Shown: in pieces, positions 40,548 through 50,466 of the stretch | Layout: every line of letters starts with the position of its first letter | Numbering within the stretch: the first letter of the stretch is position 1 | Assembly: GCA_937969495.1 (NCBI GenBank) | Contig: CALBVY010000039.1 | Coordinates: 9,374-73,373, forward strand | DNA: 64,000 bases | Reading direction: 5' to 3' | Source: an uncultured Verrucomicrobiales bacterium | GTDB taxonomy: Bacteria; Verrucomicrobiota; Verrucomicrobiia; Verrucomicrobiales; Akkermansiaceae | Translations under genes and position numbers: made by a program | Notes under the pieces: generated by a model | Seen by the model: the letters and a program-made list of their open reading frames with translations, nothing else | Database searches by the model: none | Told to the model about the DNA's origin: nothing

Positions 40548-41741
40548 CTACCTTTGATAAATTGGAAGAAGTTGTAAAGGAGGCGTGAGAGAAAGAATAG
40601 CCATTGAGGTAGAATAGACTTTCCCAAATCTAGTAGTATGCCCTAGCGGCTTCCAGAAGCCAGATTGCATCTGCTTAGGCAAAAGATAACTATAACAATT
40701 TTTCATAGATTTTCTCCAGAGACGCCCACCCAGCTGCATGCTTATCTGTGTCATATAATAGCATGTGTAGTAGGGATAATATCTATTGTATTGATTAGTA
40801 AAAAACTTGGCGCTCGTTATATCAAATCTATTAAGAAACTGGCTAGATTTCTTTAGTGCTGGATGATCGTGTTTCCCTGTTAAGGTCAGACATAGAGAGC
40901 CCGCAGCGGTCATGGTAAAAGTGCTACGATATCCTGGATGAGGTAAATACCCAAAACCTCCATCAGCGTTTTGATTTCTAATAGCAAAACCTGCTAATCT
41001 ATTGGTCACTCCTTCTGGCACCTCAAAACCAGCATTAGCAATAGACCGCAAGGAAGCTGCAAACCATGAAGTCACGGAAAAATCAGATTCACCACGTATT
41101 TGTAGACTACCTTTATAAGGGCGAAAATACCGAAAGCCACCATCATCTTTAACTGATTTTTTTCTAACATTCCAAAGCTTCAGTGTGCACACCAGACCTT
41201 TCTCAATGGCTTTACGAATGCGGAACGAATTTTTAGGATCAGAAACTCCATACACTTCTCCCAACATGAGCATACATATAGGGTGGCAATACGACTTAGC
41301 GACACCTCCCACAGAATAAAGCTCCGTCAGAGATCGCCCAGTTAAGTCCGTCTCGATGAGAGCATAGTTAAAATCTTCATTAGCAAATAATCCGCTTCTT
41401 TTTTGAATAGATAGAATGTGGTTCACAGCCTTATCCAGTAGCTTCCCATAAGGGCCTTGACCTGGTTTATGTCCCCTCGAAAGAAAAGCCATGATCGCCA
41501 TGGAAGTTACCGCAGGCTTGGAATATTCAGGGTTTGCAAAACTGCCATCTGCCAATTGCAGCGTCGCAAGAGCTTTAAGTCCTCTATCTACACTAGCCGT
41601 TAGTTTTTTAATCTCTGCATCATTAAGAGCCCTAGGAAGTGGTGCAGAAGGGTCAATAAGGGGGGGGTCACCTTTGGGAATTTCTCCAAGACAACATCCT
41701 AATGAGCAGATTAATAAAATAATATGATAGATAGATTTCAT
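40548..41741 (-). CDS. Prenyltransferase/squalene-oxidase-repeat secreted protein, paralog 2
   Basis: LQLADGSF, DGGFRY, SDFSVTSW, QNADGGFGY, LPIYQR. Confidence 0.85.
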   Translation of the reverse strand: MKSIYHIILLICSLGCCLGEIPKGDPPLIDPSAPLPRALNDAEIKKLTASVDRGLKALATLQLADGSFANPEYSKPAVTSMAIMAFLSRGHKPGQGPYGKLLDKAVNHILSIQKRSGLFANEDFNYALIETDLTGRSLTELYSVGGVAKSYCHPICMLMLGEVYGVSDPKNSFRIRKAIEKGLVCTLKLWNVRKKSVKDDGGFRYFRPYKGSLQIRGESDFSVTSWFAASLRSIANAGFEVPEGVTNRLAGFAIRNQNADGGFGYLPHPGYRSTFTMTAAGSLCLTLTGKHDHPALKKSSQFLNRFDITSAKFFTNQYNRYYPYYTCYYMTQISMQLGGRLWRKSMKNCYSYLLPKQMQSGFWKPLGHTTRFGKVYSTSMAILSLTPPLQLLPIYQR

Positions 41742-41755
41742 TCCCAGGGTACTTC

Positions 41756-42922
41756 TCATCTTTGGTAAATTGGCAGGATTTGCATGGATGGAGTTAAGGC
41801 AATAATAGCCAAAGATGTGGAGTAAGCCTGCCCATAACGTGCTGAACGCTCAAAGGCCGGCCAATGACCAGAGGCCAATTGTTTTGGCAAAAGATAGTTA
41901 TAACACTCCTTCATACATTTTACCCACAAAGCTCCACCCATCTGAATAGCTGCTTGAGTCACATAATAACACGAATAGTAAGCATAGATTGTATGCCCTC
42001 CAGTTGCTTTAAAACACAGTGGTGAAGCAGCATTAAACCGATACAAATAGCGACATGCCCGCTCAAGTGAGGAATGATCATGTCTTGCTGCTAGTCCTAT
42101 GCAAAGAGTTCCCGCAGCGGTCATCACAAATGAACTTTGTCCACGAACCAAGTAACTGAAACCTCCGTCAGGGCATTGCGTCTTGACAACGTAAGCCACA
42201 ATACGGTTCATGACATTTTCTGGCACATCAAATCCAGCATTACGAATAGAACGTAGTGAGCTTACATGCCACGCTGTAACTGATAAATCAGAATCATTAC
42301 TCCCATGAAGACGGGTGTAACGAAACCCTCCATCGTTCATTGACGATTTTTTTCTAATATCCCAGAGCTCTAAGGTGAACTTAAGTCCCTTGGTGATCGC
42401 CGCTTTAACGCGGAATGTATGCTTAGGATCAGTTAAGCCATAGACCTCTCCAAGCATAAGCATACAAATGGCATGGTTATAGGTCTTGGCAGTACCGCCT
42501 GCACCACGCACGTCCGCCTCACGTATAGGAACATTAATTAAAGCAGTATTAATTTCCTGACTCGCAAAAAGTCCGCTTTTCTTTTGGGTTGTAAGCACGT
42601 AGTCCAATGCTTTATCGATCTGCTTGCCATAAGGACCTTCGCCAGGGCGGTGACCACGCGATAAATATGCCATAATCGCAAACGAAGTAATAGCTGGCTT
42701 CCCGTGATTTAGAGTGGGAAAACTACCATCTGCTAGTTGCAATTTAGAAAGTGCCCGTAGCCCTCTATCTACGCTGGTAGTTAGCTTTTGCATCTCCGCA
42801 CTAGTTAGAGCCTGAGGGAGTGGTCCGGAAGGATCCATCAGCGGAAGCTTATCTGTTGGAGCCTGTCCTAGGCAGTATCCCGATGAATAGGTTAATAAAA
42901 TAATGTAAACAAAAGTTTTCAT
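41756..42922 (-). CDS. Prenyltransferase/squalene-oxidase-repeat secreted protein, paralog 1
   Basis: LQLADGSF, DGGFRY, SDLSVTAW, QCPDGGFSY, LPIYQR; ATGA overlap with the upstream gene. Confidence 0.85.
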   Translation of the reverse strand: MKTFVYIILLTYSSGYCLGQAPTDKLPLMDPSGPLPQALTSAEMQKLTTSVDRGLRALSKLQLADGSFPTLNHGKPAITSFAIMAYLSRGHRPGEGPYGKQIDKALDYVLTTQKKSGLFASQEINTALINVPIREADVRGAGGTAKTYNHAICMLMLGEVYGLTDPKHTFRVKAAITKGLKFTLELWDIRKKSSMNDGGFRYTRLHGSNDSDLSVTAWHVSSLRSIRNAGFDVPENVMNRIVAYVVKTQCPDGGFSYLVRGQSSFVMTAAGTLCIGLAARHDHSSLERACRYLYRFNAASPLCFKATGGHTIYAYYSCYYVTQAAIQMGGALWVKCMKECYNYLLPKQLASGHWPAFERSARYGQAYSTSLAIIALTPSMQILPIYQR

Positions 42923-45900
42923 TTGTTTTTCTCATTATTGTTATTTTCCTCAGCTATTTCGCGGAAATACTGTTCTATAGCCTCTCGATATGCCTCTGGA
43001 ATATCTGAGTCAACATCTTGACTCAAACTTTGCCTCAGCTCACTTGAGAGCTTGTTCCAACTTTCACCTCCTTCAAAAAGCTTAGTTCCACGGTTTTTCC
43101 ATGGAACGGCGATTTTTTTATAAAGAGCTTCAGACATAGCATTACGATTCTTATTAGCTTTTTGCTGAGCTTTAGCTGCATTACGTTGAGCATTTTTAGC
43201 TTGTTGCTGCTGCTCTTTTTTAGCTTGTTGCATCTCCCGACGCTTCTTTTCTATTTCCTTTTTCTCTTTTTTCTCTTTTTTTGTAGCCTTCTCCCAGTCA
43301 GTTTTCACCTTAAGATTAAAGGTTGGTTTTATACCTAGTTCCATCTTCGCTTCTCTTGGCTGTCTGGCTTCTTTTTCTAGTCTAGCAAGAGTATCTTGCA
43401 GCGCTTGTAACATATCTTCCTCGTTGAGAGTTTTTGCTGGGGCAGGAGGCTCTTCAGGGTCCGGCTCCTTGTTCTTTTCTTTGACAAATTCAACAATAGC
43501 CATATCTAACAATTTAACACCTTTCTCTATTAACTCTGCGGCTTTTTCCTGATGAGGAATGGCATTCTTAGCCCAAGGAGCTAAGTTATGTGTTAATATA
43601 TTTTTTTGAGTTTCGAGAAGATCTTTTTCCATAATCTGGCTAAGCTTATTAATCGTTTCATCTATTTTTACTGACACACCACTCAATCTAGCAAGTTCAG
43701 AAGAAAGCCTTAAAACAGTATTGGCTGTCTCAGAATTAATCTCCTTCTGCAGCTGCATCACAAATGCCTGGTAGTCTTTTTTATCCAGACAACCTAACAA
43801 ATAACGATTGGATTTTATTGATAAATCCATTGCTGTGAGGTCTGAGATCCTTATATCAACATACTCTCCATCTAAACGTTTAATATCTACATCCGCTAGA
43901 ATAGCCTCCGCTCGTTGATGGGCATGATTTAGTTTTATGAAATAACTTTTGAGCTCACTGATTTTTTCCGTTGGAGTCTCGGCCAAGCTCGTTGCTATGT
44001 TAGATAGACCGGAGAATGCTTTTGTTAATTTTTGACACTGTTCTACAGAAGCCTTTTGAGGGATCCAAATCTGGGCATTCCCCATGGCATTGGTTGTTTG
44101 ATTAGAGAATTCCATCAGACGTTCTTTCAAAATATCTGACAGCTTCTGCATCGGAAACTCTTCAACAGCTAACTCCTTATTGATATCAACAAGTAACAAC
44201 TGTCGATTCCGAAGCTTAGAAAGTACTTCTCGGAAAATACCGCCACCTGTTGGATTGAGCCTGGTGAGCATTTTTGAACGTAGGTCAGGTCGCTCTTGTA
44301 AGAGTTCGCTCAATCTCTTGAGAAGCTCTCTTTTAAATTTTATTTTGGCAATCTCATCTTTTATTTCTTGATCTGACAACTCAGCACGGAGTGTCGGGTA
44401 GGGGCTACCTGGTCATCCGCCTCATGTAGAACCTGGCATATCTTCGACGGTAACGGTATGCATCTTTTTGAACTGATGAGCCAAATTTTCAATTTCTTCC
44501 ATCTCGATGATGGATTCAAACTGTGATTCTGTTTCCTCCAATAGCTTGATTACCCATCTGAGCCGTTCATCAACAGCATCAAGCTTGACCATAATAAAAT
44601 CAGGATCAGGTTTTTTCAGAGCTTCTTTCATTGCCATCACAGCGGGTGCAAAGCCGTTTTCTACTATACCCTTAGCTTGTATCCCAAAGAATGAGTAGGG
44701 AGTGCCCTCGCTGATTTTTCTAAGATTCTCAGCGCTTTCCGCTCCTTTCTCAAGAATCTGAATTAACTCTGGGGAGAGATTACGAGAAGTATTCTGCAAG
44801 CTTTGACCTACTCTCTCTATTTGTTTATCTTTTACTAAATCATCAAAGCGGATCAAAGCAACAAGACGACGACCTTCTTGTGCGTTTTCCCGGATCCCTT
44901 CGATAACATGCTTAATCGCAATCTGTTTTTTCTTTTGTCCGTCACCTGCAACAAGATGACTTTCGTATTCATCTACAGTTACTTTCGCCGATTTACTTTG
45001 AGCTGATTCACTTTCAAGATCTAGTTTACGTTTTGCTATCTGCTCCTCTTTAGCTCGGTTCTGATTCTTATCACGGTTTTCTTTTTGTGCTTTAGCGATA
45101 GTATCAATTGCCTTATCGATTTCTTCTTCAACCTGTTTGAGCTTGGACTCCGAGTTACCAGATTCTGCAGCCTCTCCAATCAGTTCCTGAATTTTCGCAA
45201 TTGATTTTTTGACGTCGTTTTTTAAATCTTCCGAATCAATTTCTTGAGCCATCTCTTGAAGCTCGTCCACTTGTTTAGAAAGATTTTGTAAGTTGTTGGT
45301 CTGGTTCTGATCCTGCTGTCCTTGCTGACCCTGTTGACCCTGTTGACCCTGTTGACCCTGTTGACCCTGTTGACCGTCGATACCTTGGCGTATTGAATTA
45401 GCCTCTTGTTTTACAGCAGATAAGCCTGACCGCAGTTTGTTTAAATTCTCTGCTTGAGCCAGTTCCCTCTGAGCTTTTTGGAGTGCTCTTTGTGCTTCTT
45501 GATTTAGATTATGAAGTGCTTGTTCTGCTTTTTGAATATTACCTTCAGCTTCTTTCAAGTCTTCTTTAGATACATCCGGAGATTTTCCACCCCCAAGGCT
45601 TTTCTGGGCTTTACTGATTTCACTCTTTATAGCTTGCAGCTGATTTTTAGCTCCTTCATCCAAAGAACTTGCGGACTTTTTAGCTTCACTTAACTGCTGG
45701 CGTGTTTTTGCTGTCGCTGCGGCCGCTGATTGATTTTGTTTGCCGCTTTGTTGAGAAGTCTGCCCTTGCTTCTGATTTTCACCTGACTGTTTAGCCTTCA
45801 TCGCTTTCTTGTTAGAAGCGTTGGCGCTAGCCAATTGATTTTTTAATTCTCCTAGTTTAGCTATCTTCTCTTGCAGTTTTTCCTCTTGTTTTCTGAGTTC

Positions 45901-47820
45901 CTGATATTCAAGGTCGTCTTGCTTAGATTCATTCTTAGCAATTTCGTTCTCCAGCTCACGTCGCATTTTAGTCAAAGCTTCACGTGCCTTAGCAATTTCA
46001 GCCTGGCTCGATTGAAGATCCTTCATAGGATTTTTGTCAGTCTTTGCGTCCTCCAATTTTTGGTTAGCCTTAGAGATAGAAGACTTCAGATTTTTCAATT
46101 CCTCACTATTGATATCTTTCAGCTGATCTGCTCTCTGCTTTGCTTTGCTAACATGGTCTTGAGTTTTCTGAGCTAACTGCTTCTTGTTTGATTGATCATC
46201 TGGCTCCACATTTGCCTTCAAGGCCTGAGAGTTTGCTTCTTTAGCTTTTCTAAGTTCATCGTCTAGCTGATTCATTTGGCTTAAAATTTGTTTAAGCGCA
46301 TCATTTTCTTTTTCCAGTTCATCAACTAGAAATTGATTAGATTTCTCAAATGAAGCTAACCCTTTTGAGTCTTCTACTTCGACCAAATAATTAAGCTGAG
46401 AATTTTCTGTAATAGGTAATTTACTAAGATCAAGAGTAACAGAACTTTCTATTTTCTTTGAACCCTTTTGGTCTTTAAGATCTATGGGAAAATAAAACTT
46501 TTCTTTCTCCCCCTCTGCATTTGTTACCTCTGCAACTAGACGAGCCGCTTCCACCCCATAGTCATCCTTTGCTTGAAACTTAACCTCAAGCAATTCATCT
46601 GCTTTCATAACAAAAGTTTCTGTATCTTTTAGAAGGTTTACCTTAGGAGCTTTATCGGCAATAGCAACTAAGCTTATTTTCATTTGAGATTTCAAATTAC
46701 CTATTTTTGAAGTCATTTTAAAATCAGCATGAACTGTATTGATAACATTGACTTTATGGGTGTAGGTCTTTGCTGAACTTTCAGTCAGTATCTCTTGAGT
46801 AACTTTACCCCCTGTATTGGTATCAAAGGTTGCCTGAAGAACTTCTTGGTCAACTTCGATCTCGAAATCAACCACACTGCCTTGAGGTATTTTGATCTTA
46901 CGTGGAAGCTTACTCAGGATCCAAGGTTTCAGTTTAGTATATGCTGGAGGTGTAATGGTAATTTTCCCACTGACGATAGCAGGCTTATCAATCATAGTAA
47001 CCTGCTTCCAAGCTGACTGAGTATCACCAGCAATAACACGATAAGAGAAGTCTGCTACCCTATTTAATATCTTGTGAGAAAGGCTCCCAGTAGCTTGATC
47101 GATGTCAATCAAACGCTCTTCGATCAACCCGCTCGTAGAGCGTTCTTGGACTTTTACTTGATCCGGTATTTTCCCAGAAACGGTAACCTCAATTGAGTAA
47201 TCTTTTCCTCTTGGATGAATCACCTCACCTTCTTTCTGAGAAATTATCGTTAGAGTATTATTATTCCATGGACTTAACAGCCTATCCAATAATTTAGGGA
47301 AAGCAGATCCCATCATAAAAGCAAAACCGCATAATAAAATAATAGAACCAACAAAAGTAAAAGAAGCTTGTTTAAATGACCGGCTTTTAATTAATTTACT
47401 ACTTCCACTTTTTATTTCTAAATGATTGACCTGATCTCCTACGGCTTGAAGTAAATTTGTCGAACAATTTTCTGCGCCCTCTAATTCTACTGAAGTCACT
47501 AAACGTTCCTCGAGATCGGGGTTTACTTCATCTAGCCATTTTGCTGTTTCTTCCTGACTAGATTCGAACTTCATTTTTCCCCAGACCCATCGAAAAGAAA
47601 CAATGAGTACTACTAATACAACTAAACTAAGTATAACCCGTGACCATAAAGATTTTAACTCAAAATTCCAGTCAATATACATCGCTAGTATAACTGGTAA
47701 AACAATGGCACTAGCAATACCTAAAAAGAGATAGATTGTCCGAATTAGCCTACGCTCACGTTTTTCAGCCGAGAGAGCTTTCAGAGTTTCTTCAGATAAA
47801 TGATTGTTATTTTGTGTCAT
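42919..47820 (-). CDS. Giant membrane-anchored coiled-coil protein (DUF4175-like architecture), probably one 1633-aa selenoprotein with U-G-G-U at 1133-1136; otherwise two ORFs 44422-47820 and 42919-44379
   Basis: Both track ORFs share a frame. The linker reads ...DMPGST-TGA-GGC-GGA-TGA-PGSPYPTLRAELSDQE. Three N-terminal TM segments, Ig-like beta region, long coiled coils, C-terminal W..L...LR..L.Q..IPEAYREAIEQYF motif. SECIS-like hairpin downstream of the TGAs. Confidence 0.7.
44375..44395 (-). promoter_or_regulatory. Candidate bacterial SECIS element
   Basis: GACA-CUC[CGUGCU]GAG-U-UGUC: 7-bp stem, bulged U, 6-nt loop with G at position 2; loop starts 24 and 33 nt after the two UGAs. Confidence 0.55.
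45313..45375 (-). repeat. 9-bp tandem repeat encoding (GQQ)7
   Basis: Five perfect GGTCAACAG units (45331-45375) plus two synonymous variants. Confidence 0.95.
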
Positions 47821-47844
47821 GATAACTATGCGTTATTGGTTTGC

Positions 47845-50460
47845 TTATGAAAGACCTATTCGACGACGTAATGCCCACTCTGAAGCAGCTATAAAGAGAA
47901 TGGCAATAAGTAATGGCCAAACATCCCAAAGGGGGCGTTTTTTTGTTGTTTTGATAATTTCGGGCTTAAAATCAAGAGCTTCAAGCATCAGAGAAAAAGT
48001 GCCCGGAGTAATCGTTGCTGCAAGTGGCAGACTGTTAACTTGACCCCAAAATTTGGAGTTAGCATCTGCAATCTGTAACTCTTCTACTTCGATTTCTTTT
48101 TCTACAATGATTTTGATAAGCTCCTTATCCGGATGAAGTTTTTGATCAGAATCTATAATATGTTGGATAGCCTCTCCTGAATAATTTAGTTCGTATTCCC
48201 CAGAAGGAATATCTCTAAACCTCACATAGAAATCTCCAGGTTGATTATCCACTGGTATTGGCTTCATCTCTGCTACTGCAGTGCCGTCCTTGCTTAAAAC
48301 AGCAGTAAAGTCAGCATCAGTAAATGGCTCGCCGTTCTCAGCCTTAACTCGGAGACGTCCCTCTATTTCCTCACCTGGTTTTAAAATTGCCCGTTGAAGA
48401 CGAGTGGCGAGCAAGGTGTCACTGAATCCGTAATTATCGACACATATGCCACGGATAATTTGTCCCCATAGCTTTGCGTGATATTTATCTCCATATCTGA
48501 AGCGGAGATGATAGAGGCAAGGGGCTGCAAAGTAGGCCACTCTTCCGCTACCATAGCGCTGTTTCGCACAGAAATCATAAGATGTTCCATCACTCGACGT
48601 TGCTTTTAGGAGCACATTCGCGGATGATTTTGCTTTAAGCCAAGGAGAGAGTGAATACTGAGGAGTGACTTGGAAAATTGACTGCCAAATCTGCTGAGTT
48701 TTTTCCCCTTCCAGATCAACCATTCGGTTAATAGGTCTGTTTATGGGAGGGTGCACTACAAAAGACCCATTTATCATAGTATTACTAACCTTTATCATTG
48801 GAATTAACGCTTCTAGTGGTCCATCCATGAAACTAGATGGCATACTATGAGGCCCAGCTAGAATAATAAGATTTCCTCCATCATTCACATATTCTAAAAG
48901 CAATTTCTGATGTTCTAGCGTTAGGTATTCAGGAGTAAGATCTCCTAGAATAACAAGATCATAAAGCTTCCATGTTGCCAAATCAAAGGGAAGCGCAATC
49001 GGCTCTTTAGCGGACTTCCCAGGAAAACTGTGTCTTGGCTGGAATACGATACTGCTCATCTTAATCGAGGGGTCTCGATTAAAAAGATTTTGTAAGTAAC
49101 GAGTTTCCCAACGCGGAAATGTATCAGAGACTAAAACCTTATAATTGTCTTTAAGAACCGCACAATCTAGGGAGGCCTTATTATTAATGAGGGAGGTCTC
49201 GCCTGTTATTGAGGATAACTCGATGACAAGCTGATGCATACCAACACCCTTCGCTTGCCATTTAATATCTACTTGTTCACTTGTTCCATTTCCTTTCAAG
49301 CTCACTTCCTGGCTTTGTAAGATTTTATCCCCTTCTTTCAAAGAAAGTGTTACTATCTCTGGCACACTGTTCTTTGAAGAAACTAAAACTGTTACAATAA
49401 GGGTATCTTTCTCTCGTATTCTTGAAGGACTGACTACTGAATCGATCCGAGCATCTGGGGTATTAGATGCGTCCCCTACTGGAAAGACGATTAGAGGCTG
49501 ACTCAAAATATCGTTAGAAAAATTCTTTTCCATATCACCCGAGTCATAACCATCAGTGATCAATATCGAAAGTTGTGTTCCTTTCATATAATCACGTCTC
49601 CCTAGATTATTTAAATTTTCATAAAGATGTGTTTTAGGTTCTCCAGATAAATCCACCTCAACCTTCTTATTCATATCTTGCTGAGAAAGGGTATTTGAGA
49701 ACTTTGAAACGCGTAAGTCATAGCGCTCTGAAAGCTCTTCAAACACTTTATTAGATTTCTGGAGCCAATTATTCACCAAGGTTAAGCGGGACAGATTCTC
49801 TTTAGCCACTCCGGATGGCTCTTGTATAGCAATGACTCGTCTCAGGCTCGTAGCAGTCTGAGAAATAAGTTCTGATGCACGGTAGAGATCACCTAAAAAA
49901 TCATCAGAACCAACATCTTGAAGCACGCCCATCGATGCATTTAATGTCTTTCGTGGTGCTTTCATCAATCTAGTTAGGGAGGTATCATTTTTAATAATGT
50001 CTAACTTTAAACCAGCCTGCTTTAAGATTTCTATAATACTCACTATCTCAGCATGAAGGCCTTCAGAAGATTTACTTAGATTACGATTTAGAAGATTCAG
50101 CCGAATTCGAGCAGCCTCAGTTAAGGTAAGGGCCTCATCGATTGGTTGAGGAGCTGAGAAATTTTCCCATGAAGAAGTGTTTACGCCAATCTCATCTGTG
50201 AGAGACATACTCTGTGAAACATCAATCCCTAAATTGGCAGTAACAGGGAGTAATTCTTCTTTAGTTTTGATCGCGCGTGGCTGAGCAATCAAAAGCCATA
50301 TCAGTAAGCTCAAAATCGAACGCAGTAAAAATAATGTCCAGCGTACCTTCTTCGTTTGATCCTGAGTTTGCTGATGAAGTAGATAACCGAAAAAAGCAAT
50401 AGTAAGCCCAGCCCCTATGAGAAGCTGAACGGGATGCAATGATGTTTCGATGCTAGACAT
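47845..50460 (-). CDS. Membrane protein with vWA-like and class I glutamine amidotransferase-like (GATase1_like/DUF1355) domains
   Basis: IDVSQSM MIDAS-like motif, LITDG, PRWETRYL, YDLVILGD, GGNLIILAG, YGSGRV, C-terminal TM LWD.WPLL...EWALRRRIGL. Confidence 0.78.
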   Translation of the reverse strand: MSSIETSLHPVQLLIGAGLTIAFFGYLLHQQTQDQTKKVRWTLFLLRSILSLLIWLLIAQPRAIKTKEELLPVTANLGIDVSQSMSLTDEIGVNTSSWENFSAPQPIDEALTLTEAARIRLNLLNRNLSKSSEGLHAEIVSIIEILKQAGLKLDIIKNDTSLTRLMKAPRKTLNASMGVLQDVGSDDFLGDLYRASELISQTATSLRRVIAIQEPSGVAKENLSRLTLVNNWLQKSNKVFEELSERYDLRVSKFSNTLSQQDMNKKVEVDLSGEPKTHLYENLNNLGRRDYMKGTQLSILITDGYDSGDMEKNFSNDILSQPLIVFPVGDASNTPDARIDSVVSPSRIREKDTLIVTVLVSSKNSVPEIVTLSLKEGDKILQSQEVSLKGNGTSEQVDIKWQAKGVGMHQLVIELSSITGETSLINNKASLDCAVLKDNYKVLVSDTFPRWETRYLQNLFNRDPSIKMSSIVFQPRHSFPGKSAKEPIALPFDLATWKLYDLVILGDLTPEYLTLEHQKLLLEYVNDGGNLIILAGPHSMPSSFMDGPLEALIPMIKVSNTMINGSFVVHPPINRPINRMVDLEGEKTQQIWQSIFQVTPQYSLSPWLKAKSSANVLLKATSSDGTSYDFCAKQRYGSGRVAYFAAPCLYHLRFRYGDKYHAKLWGQIIRGICVDNYGFSDTLLATRLQRAILKPGEEIEGRLRVKAENGEPFTDADFTAVLSKDGTAVAEMKPIPVDNQPGDFYVRFRDIPSGEYELNYSGEAIQHIIDSDQKLHPDKELIKIIVEKEIEVEELQIADANSKFWGQVNSLPLAATITPGTFSLMLEALDFKPEIIKTTKKRPLWDVWPLLIAILFIAASEWALRRRIGLS

Positions 50461-50466
50461 GTATTT

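Noticed and set aside
39333-42922. Squalene-hopene cyclases / terpene cluster with the nearby polyprenyl synthase
   Set aside because: The proteins are secreted single barrels without DXDD; the synthase is a separate housekeeping gene beyond pfkA and the tRNA.
44413-44424. Genome-wide UGA=Trp recoding, or a simple pseudogene
   Set aside because: Many intact genes here end in TGA (e.g. 525, 10781, 31149, 42919), so UGA is a stop. Both halves are otherwise intact and two stops at CxxC spacing fit Sec better, though a pseudogene is not formally excluded.
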